DNA of 39,272 nucleotides from Blastocatellia bacterium (GTDB lineage Bacteria; Acidobacteriota; Blastocatellia; UBA7656): NCBI GenBank assembly GCA_041497455.1, contig JBGQGO010000001.1, positions 1 to 39,272 of the forward strand, read 5' to 3'. Shown piece by piece: positions 33,405 to 39,272 of this stretch (position 1 is its first letter; each line of letters starts with the position of its first letter). The notes under the pieces were generated by a model. It saw only the letters and a program-made list of their open reading frames with translations, ran no database searches and was not told where the DNA came from. The position numbers and the translations under genes were made by a program.

Positions 33405-33580
33405 AGAGCCTGACCGATACTCTGTTGGCCATCGCCGTGCTCGGGGGGATCCTCGTGCTGAGCGCAGTCCTCACAAGCCTGTTTACTCGCAAGATGTATT
33501 ACCGATGCGCCGAGTGCCGAAACCTCAACGCCAGGCGAAGGACTCACTGTAGAGTCTGCGGCAACCTGTTGGTTCAATGA
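33401..33580 (+). CDS. 59-aa membrane-anchored zinc-ribbon protein (below the ORF-track cutoff)
   Basis: ATG 33401 overlaps the upstream stop (ATGA). The translation is MKSLTDTLLAIAVLGGILVLSAVLTSLFTRKMYYRCAECRNLNARRRTHCRVCGNLLVQ, one TM helix followed by CxxC-10 aa-CxxC. TGA at 33578-33580. Confidence 0.5.
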   Translation: MKSLTDTLLAIAVLGGILVLSAVLTSLFTRKMYYRCAECRNLNARRRTHCRVCGNLLVQ

Positions 33581-33581
33581 G

Positions 33582-35837
33582 TTAGAGATTCAACTGCTGC
33601 GCCTTCTCTTCGATGGCCTCGAACAGTCGATGCCGCTCCGCTTCGGCTTCCGCGCGGCGATACGCACTTAACAGCTCTTTCATCGAGACAAACTCTTTGT
33701 ACAATCCGGCGTTCTCGATCGGCGGCGTCAGGTAGGACACAAGCTCGGCGTAGGAGCGCCGCTTCGCGATGGTTCCCTCAGACGGATTGTTGACGCTGTA
33801 GATGTAGATGTTCGGCAGCTCTCCGATTAACCGATCCGGCCAGCAGTTCTCCGAGAGGCCAACCTGCTTGCCGGGCATGAACTCCATCGCGCCATGAGTG
33901 CCCACGTGCACAACTGCGTCCGCGCGAAAGATCTTTTCGAGATAGGTGTACAGCGCCATGAACCCGTGATGAGGCGCGCCGCTTTCAGCCGCGAGCAATC
34001 GCATCGGGTCACCCTCGTATCCAAACGTCGGCTGCACCCCGACGAATACACTGCCAAGCTGTATTCCCAACACAAGAATCTCGCGGCCGTTCGAGTTGAT
34101 CGCTCCCGGCGCGCGTCCCCACTCCCGCTCGATGTCGTCGACGTAAGGACAGAGACTTCGATACTCGTCCACGCTCATTCGATAGGCGACGTTGGCGAGC
34201 ATGCCCGACTCGCCTGAGTTGCCTTCAAGCAGCATCTCGCGCAATTGATCCGGACTGTCAGGCACATCGACCGCGTAGCCGCCTGACCGCAGCTTTGAAA
34301 GTATTTCCAACAGGCTTGGAAACACATCAAGGTCCGCCGCAGTCCCGATGTTTCCTTTGTTAGGGGGAAAGCAAAAAACCAGAAGCGCGAGCCGCAGCTC
34401 ATCTCGCGGCGCCACTCGCAATCGGTTCCACCGGGCGAGCCGCCGCGCAATTCGCCGGCAACGTTCCTCGAGCGGTTCAGGTTGATTCGCGTTCGCAGGC
34501 AAGCCGCCGTAGACGAACGGCTCGGTCGCTCCGTCTATTTCCGGAATCGCGATTTGCATCGCCGCTTGAATCGCGTTTAGTCCGAGCTTGCTTTGGTTCC
34601 AGTGCTCGATCGTTTGGACGTCGAGCGAAACCATCGAGCGAAACGGCACGTTCAGCTCCTTCAGAAACTCCGCCGCCGCCTGACTGTCGTTCATCGCAGG
34701 CCCGCCCACGAAGCTGAACCCGGTGAGCGACACGATCTGGCTCACACGCGACTTAACTCGCATCTCGTGTAAGGTCGTCCCTCCGTGGGCGCCCCTCTCG
34801 ATCCCACGAGCACTTTGCTCATCATCGAGGTCTGCCCGCGGAGGCACGCCCTTACGGGCCTTCGCGTCTTCAACAAAGAACTTCCGGCAGGCATCGCGAT
34901 TGTCCATGAAAGTCGAGATCGCCGGTATCACGCTCAAGCCTTCATCCTCTATCGCTCGAATCAGTCCGTCGTAATGCCGGCGCGCATCGCTTATGATCTG
35001 CGGGCGCATCAAGAGCAGGCCAATAGTCTGATCACGATCAAGCGCGCGCCGGCGTTTTCGCTGATACCACTTTTGATAGGCCTCGAACGTCTCAAACAGG
35101 TTCGGCGCATCGGGATGATAAATTCCCACGGCCGGCAAAGCTTCCGCCGGTTCTACCTTGATTGAATGATGGTCTCCTGGCACGTAGTGCTTGATCGCGT
35201 GCAGCAGCATACGGCGGATGTTGTTGGGTGTCGGCTGAAGGAAGTAGCCGAACAGCAGAAGGTAGTTCTTGATATCTCCGAGCTTGCCCGCGCCCGGCAC
35301 GAACTTCAGAATCGCGGGCAGCCGGCCGATCAGCTTGACGTACTGGTCGGCTCTTGCCGGGGGCCCTCCTCGCTTGGGCGCATCGCCGCCGCGGGTTGAG
35401 GTCCGGCCTTTCACGAAGTCGCTCATCCACGTGCCGAGCTTTCTCGCGATGCCCGGCGCCGATGTCTCCTCGCCGGCTTGATCGCGCGACGCGCGGGGCT
35501 TCATCAGTTTGCCGAAGTCGAGCTTGCCCATGCGCGTGCAGCGCATAAGGTCCGGCATGCAGTTGAAAGCGATCACTGCGTTGTGACGCTCGCGATTACG
35601 TTCGAGCGCTGTCCCGATTCGAGCAGCGTTCTCGCCTTCAGTCACGTGGATGACAAATACCAGATCGCTGGCGCCAACGTCGTTTTCAGCCGCGTGCCAT
35701 TCCGCTTCGGTGAGCGGAGCGCCGCAGTTGTAGGTTGCGACTTGCAGACCGAGCTTGTGACGAGCGTTGATCTCGTCTTCAGCCCGCCTGAGCGGCGCGA
35801 GCAGGCTGGTTCCTACATAAAAGACTGTTATCTTCAC
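33582..35837 (-). CDS. CobN/BchH-family chelatase large-subunit homolog, short form (751 aa)
   Basis: GTG start. VSLTGFSFVGGPA..., LLVFCFPPNKGNIGTAADLDVFPSL, HVGTHGAMEFMPGKQVGLSENCWPDRLIGELPNIYIYSVNNPSEGTIAKRRSYAELVSYLTPPIENAGLYK are classic CobN/Mg-chelatase H motifs. The ORF stops about 40 aa after this block. Confidence 0.85.
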   Translation of the reverse strand: MKITVFYVGTSLLAPLRRAEDEINARHKLGLQVATYNCGAPLTEAEWHAAENDVGASDLVFVIHVTEGENAARIGTALERNRERHNAVIAFNCMPDLMRCTRMGKLDFGKLMKPRASRDQAGEETSAPGIARKLGTWMSDFVKGRTSTRGGDAPKRGGPPARADQYVKLIGRLPAILKFVPGAGKLGDIKNYLLLFGYFLQPTPNNIRRMLLHAIKHYVPGDHHSIKVEPAEALPAVGIYHPDAPNLFETFEAYQKWYQRKRRRALDRDQTIGLLLMRPQIISDARRHYDGLIRAIEDEGLSVIPAISTFMDNRDACRKFFVEDAKARKGVPPRADLDDEQSARGIERGAHGGTTLHEMRVKSRVSQIVSLTGFSFVGGPAMNDSQAAAEFLKELNVPFRSMVSLDVQTIEHWNQSKLGLNAIQAAMQIAIPEIDGATEPFVYGGLPANANQPEPLEERCRRIARRLARWNRLRVAPRDELRLALLVFCFPPNKGNIGTAADLDVFPSLLEILSKLRSGGYAVDVPDSPDQLREMLLEGNSGESGMLANVAYRMSVDEYRSLCPYVDDIEREWGRAPGAINSNGREILVLGIQLGSVFVGVQPTFGYEGDPMRLLAAESGAPHHGFMALYTYLEKIFRADAVVHVGTHGAMEFMPGKQVGLSENCWPDRLIGELPNIYIYSVNNPSEGTIAKRRSYAELVSYLTPPIENAGLYKEFVSMKELLSAYRRAEAEAERHRLFEAIEEKAQQLNL

Positions 35838-36016
35838 GTTCTAGTGTTCTCGCCGAGCCGGAATCCAACCAACGCAGTTGGGGGTTCGTTCATACCCAGC
35901 CTACACGGACCCGGGACGAGCCGCGCGGCCGTCGCTCTTGTAGGTGGAGTATGAACAATCCACCCACTGGAAGTTGGGGGATTGCACATGAATCGAACCT
36001 CTAACGGGATTCTGCC

Positions 36017-37126
36017 TTACTGAGGCTTGCCCTCGGCTGGCTTCGCGCCCTCCTTCTTAACCGCAGGGGCCCGCTTGGCCATCGGCTTCGGCGTCCAGAA
36101 CTTCGGGTCGCCCGCAGCAAACTCCTTGGACACGTTGCTCATGTTCGGATTGAAAGCATAGACGTTACTTTCCATACTCAGGAAAACATCGCCCGTGCTT
36201 TTCATCAGGTTCTTCATGTTCTCTTCGCCGAACGCTTGCATCAACGCCCCCTGATTTGCAAAGTCATCGTCAACTTCCTTTAGTGATTTTCTCGGCGAGA
36301 AAAGCAAGTAAGTTCCCTCGGGGGCGCCCATGATCACCTGATACATCGCGTAGGGCTGCGGGCTTTTCAGCTTCTCGAACGCATCCTGAAACATCTTGCC
36401 CCCGGCCGCGAACTCGGCGTCCTTACCAAGCCGCACGCGAAACGTTTCGATGCTGAAGTACCGGCACTGAGGTAACATTGCGAGCATTCTCTCCGGATGA
36501 TAGCTCAGGTCCGGACGGAGCACCGCCACGCTGGAGCGCACACTGTTGACCAGCTCGGCTTCCTGCCGGGTCAGCGCTTCATAGTCGGGCCCGGTGGAGG
36601 CCTTTCCGAACGTCTGGTAGTCCTTCTCCATCGAAGCGAGCGAATCGTAGCCCGATAGGAACATGACTTCGTTTGCGTTCCCAGACACCGCTTCCATCCC
36701 GAGAAACGGCGCCACCTTGGCTTTCGCCCAGTGTTGCGCGAGACCCTGTTCCACCCTTTGGTGCGCCGCGCCGCGAGCCGGCTTCGCGTCTTCGCGATAG
36801 ATCCAAAGCACCTTGGGCAACTGAGCGGGCGTCTGTGCCACCGCTGCGGTCGTGCTAAACAATACTGCCAAGAACAACAGCAAGAGACATCCTTTTGTTT
36901 TCATCGTTTCACCTCTCCGTTTAGAATGTGTCGACTCGCGTGCCCGCGATTCGCGAGAGTCATAGCCAGCTTTTGCCAATATGGCTACGCCGCCGGCGCT
37001 GAGATGTGTTCTCCGCCTTGCTCGCTTCGCATTGCACGCAGGAAGAATCCAGATGATGCCAGAAGACCGAAGCGCTGAACGCATCGTGCGGCGGTCAGCA
37101 ACTATGATCAAGATGGAATGCGACAA
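36017..37126 (-). CDS. Secreted hypothetical protein; likely start ATG 36904 (295 aa)
   Basis: GGAGAGGTG RBS precedes ATG 36904. Signal peptide MKTKGCLLLLFLAVLFSTTAAVAQT. No domain recognised. The track's upstream extension is R-rich and unlikely to be coding. Confidence 0.7.
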   Translation of the reverse strand: MSHSILIIVADRRTMRSALRSSGIIWILPACNAKRARRRTHLSAGGVAILAKAGYDSRESRARESTHSKRRGETMKTKGCLLLLFLAVLFSTTAAVAQTPAQLPKVLWIYREDAKPARGAAHQRVEQGLAQHWAKAKVAPFLGMEAVSGNANEVMFLSGYDSLASMEKDYQTFGKASTGPDYEALTRQEAELVNSVRSSVAVLRPDLSYHPERMLAMLPQCRYFSIETFRVRLGKDAEFAAGGKMFQDAFEKLKSPQPYAMYQVIMGAPEGTYLLFSPRKSLKEVDDDFANQGALMQAFGEENMKNLMKSTGDVFLSMESNVYAFNPNMSNVSKEFAAGDPKFWTPKPMAKRAPAVKKEGAKPAEGKPQ

Positions 37127-37137
37127 CCCGTTCTATT

Positions 37138-39258
37138 TCAGCCACTCGGTTCGAGCCGGCGCGACCGAGCCGAGCCGTATTCAATAAGCCAGTCGATATC
37201 GCTCTTGATCCGCCGAGCCCAACCGTAGATGCCGTGCACCGCTTCTTGCTGCTCGGGCGTGAGGGCGCCGTACGAACCGCGTTCGAGCAACTCAGCCAAT
37301 CCCAATACCGATTGCAACGACGCTTCCATTTCGTGCCCGGCGTTGACTATGAATTCGCTCTTGAGCCTGTTGATCTCGAGCAACTGCTGCGCCGAGCCCT
37401 GCGCCTGCTTGTGCTCTTCTTGAACGCGCTCGAGCTGTTGACTGACCTCGGTCTCAACGCGGCGCGAGACATCGGCTTCAGCACGAGCCTTCGCCTCGAG
37501 CGCCGACGCCTTTGCAAGCATCCCCCGAACCTCCTCTTCCACGCTGCGTGATTGCGTAAGCGCGCGCTCGATGCTTGCGAGCTTCTGCTCGAGCTCCTGT
37601 ATACGCGCCGGAGCCTCGCTGCTGATTTCGCTTGCCCGTTGCGCATCGGCACGAGCCTGTTGCGCATCGCCAAACGCGGCCTCTAACGAGCGCAGATTCG
37701 AGAGCGACAGCGATAACTGACGCACGACTCGCTCGGCAAACTCGATTTCTTCGGGCTCCCATTCTCGCACCCGGTCGCACTGGTGGACATAGACGATCGC
37801 GCGGGTTTTGCCCTCGACTTTTATCGGCGCGGCTAGCTCTGAAAGCACGCCCAACTCGGCGGCAGTCTCGGCGCCCGCCAGCGACTGCTCCTGCGAATCG
37901 GCAATTGCTATCGGCTGGCCGCCCACCGATGCAGCCACTCCGGCAAACAACCCATCTCCGAAAGTGGCTCCCAGAGCCGATTTCGCGGATGGCTGCCGGT
38001 ACTCTTGCTTTACCGGTTCGGGCTGATCCTGATCGTTGAACTCAACGACTATTACGCGGGACGCCGCGAGCGCGTGACCGAGCACTTCGACCACCGCCTC
38101 TTTGATCTCCTCGGCCGAGCGAAGCCGTTGAAGCGATTCCGACAAGCCCAGATAAGCGCTCTCGACACGAAGGCGGTTGCCACGCGAGTCCGTGCTCTTG
38201 ATCAATTCGGCGATGATCACCGCAGCCGATTCCAGCGCCCGCTGGTCACTCTCGGTCCATGAGCGGCGACTGGAGCAATGGACCTCAATCACGCCAAGCG
38301 TTTTGCCATCCGCGGAGAGCGGCGCGCCAAGATAGGAAACAATGCCGCTCTCTCGAGCCTCGCGCGGGAAGATACATCGAGGATCGGCGGGCGCGTCTTC
38401 TATGGCGAGCACTTCGCCGCTCTGAGCTACACTGCCTGCCAGGCCCTGCCCCACAGGCAAGGGCAAGAACTCCTGCGATCTCAACCCGTGAGCGGCTACC
38501 ATCCTGACCATCCCGCTTGCTTCGTCAACACGCCACAACGCCGCGCTTTCGCTGCCCACGAGCCGCGTCACTTCACGCACGATCGCGTCCAGCGGCGACG
38601 CCTCTTCCAGACACGAAATGAGGGAACGCGAAAAGTCCGTTGTACGCGAGGCACGTTGCTCAGCCGCTTCACTCACCGCGTCGCTGTGCTCAAACTCGAG
38701 CGCGACGGCAAGCCTGTCGGTCAGCCGCCCGAGCGCCTCACGATATGGATCAAGCGCATCCAGCGTAATGCCCGAAGGCTTCGACGCCACGATCAGTCCG
38801 TTCCACTCGAATGGTCCGTGCCACGGCAGAAGCACCGCGGCATCAATGCTTCGAGTGGCCGACACCTGATCGTCGCTTTTGAACGAGGTCTGATTCTCCT
38901 CGATGGGTTCGTCGCCGACGCTCTCTTCTGCGGGCAACTCAGTTTGCTCAACCGCAGGTTCCTCAGCGGCCGGAGCGCTCGGAGGCTCCTCAGTTTTATC
39001 AGCCGCAGGTTCATCGGCGACGAAAGCGCTTGAAGGTGACTGACCCACGATTACCGAGAGACTGACGACAGCCGGCCGTGCGTGTTCAGACAGCAGCGAG
39101 GCGGGCACCGAAGCCGGCAAACCTGAATCCGATGCGGCAACCGCTTCTTGATCCGACGGAGAAAGTACATCCGAGAGGCCCGAATCCACCGAGCGTCCTG
39201 CATAAACAGCAAGCACGTGCATCGACATGTACTCACGCAGCAACCTCGCGATGTGCAC
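37138..39258 (-). CDS. GAF-domain sensor with a coiled coil and a C-terminal HisKA-like (DHp) domain but no HATPase_c; the 5' end may lie beyond the window
   Basis: GAF-like blocks (LDAIVREVTRLVGSESAALWRVDEASGMVRMVAAHGL...LGVIEVH and VVEVLGHALAASRVIVVEF...AIVYVHQ). H-box NRLKSEFIVNAGHEMEASLQSVLGLAELL. The ORF ends about 65 aa after the His. The frame stays open from GTG 39258 to the window end. Confidence 0.8.
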   Translation of the reverse strand: MHIARLLREYMSMHVLAVYAGRSVDSGLSDVLSPSDQEAVAASDSGLPASVPASLLSEHARPAVVSLSVIVGQSPSSAFVADEPAADKTEEPPSAPAAEEPAVEQTELPAEESVGDEPIEENQTSFKSDDQVSATRSIDAAVLLPWHGPFEWNGLIVASKPSGITLDALDPYREALGRLTDRLAVALEFEHSDAVSEAAEQRASRTTDFSRSLISCLEEASPLDAIVREVTRLVGSESAALWRVDEASGMVRMVAAHGLRSQEFLPLPVGQGLAGSVAQSGEVLAIEDAPADPRCIFPREARESGIVSYLGAPLSADGKTLGVIEVHCSSRRSWTESDQRALESAAVIIAELIKSTDSRGNRLRVESAYLGLSESLQRLRSAEEIKEAVVEVLGHALAASRVIVVEFNDQDQPEPVKQEYRQPSAKSALGATFGDGLFAGVAASVGGQPIAIADSQEQSLAGAETAAELGVLSELAAPIKVEGKTRAIVYVHQCDRVREWEPEEIEFAERVVRQLSLSLSNLRSLEAAFGDAQQARADAQRASEISSEAPARIQELEQKLASIERALTQSRSVEEEVRGMLAKASALEAKARAEADVSRRVETEVSQQLERVQEEHKQAQGSAQQLLEINRLKSEFIVNAGHEMEASLQSVLGLAELLERGSYGALTPEQQEAVHGIYGWARRIKSDIDWLIEYGSARSRRLEPSG

Positions 39259-39272
39259 CGCGACGTCGACAG

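Noticed and set aside
31400..35837. comM ('Mg-chelatase-like') near a CobN/BchH-like gene as one functional chelatase system
   Set aside because: ComM/YifB is only homologous to ChlI-type ATPases and is associated with DNA uptake and recombination. The genes are on the same strand but separated by an oppositely oriented gene pair (33132..33580), and no ChlD-like gene is present. The adjacency is probably coincidental.
35838..36016. Possible cobalamin riboswitch or tRNA-like element upstream of the CobN-like gene (GGTTCGATTC on the minus strand, CCACTGG on the plus strand)
   Set aside because: I could not build a B12-box or a cloverleaf. The T-loop-like string has no complementary stem, and the CCACTGG string is on the wrong strand for the gene.
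38278..39033. 251-aa plus-strand ORF in the last 1 kb
   Set aside because: It is antisense to the GAF/HisKA sensor gene. It has R-rich composition and no motifs.

Overview
High-GC bacterial window, probably from an Acidobacteria-type genome. That guess rests on two TIGR03436-like secreted VWA proteins and a carboxypeptidase-regulatory-like domain. The core, about 4.6-26.7 kb on the + strand, is a complete, translationally coupled extracellular contractile injection system (eCIS, Afp/PVC-like phage-tail-derived particle). In order it encodes: AAA+ ATPase, a DUF4157 candidate cargo with an unrecognisable C-terminal domain, a Pvc16-like cap, sheath, tube, two small overlapping chaperone-like ORFs, a tape-measure-like protein, a LysM tube initiator, a gpD/VgrG spike, PAAR, gp25, a giant 1912-aa baseplate-J protein, a second baseplate-J protein, a TIGR02242/gpI-like protein and a fibre-like protein with a Lys-rich tail. 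There are no capsid, portal, terminase, lysis or T6SS membrane-complex genes. The superfamily is known. The parts worth follow-up are the cargo domain, the P2 E/E'-like ORF overlap, the oversized baseplate and the repeat-rich regulatory leader. To the right, a displaced 3' fragment of comM/yifB (26765-27259) and the intact comM (31400-32944) bracket a low-GC islet of about 4.1 kb. The islet carries gene remnants and two secreted proteins of unknown function, which looks like a decayed integrative element in the comM 3' end. Further right are a small wHTH gene coupled to a 59-aa zinc-ribbon membrane ORF missed by the track, a short CobN/BchH-like chelatase, a secreted hypothetical protein and a GAF-HisKA sensor without an ATPase domain. 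To the left are two secreted VWA paralogs. No rRNA, tRNA or CRISPR array was recognised. All family assignments come from reading motifs by eye, since no searches could be run.
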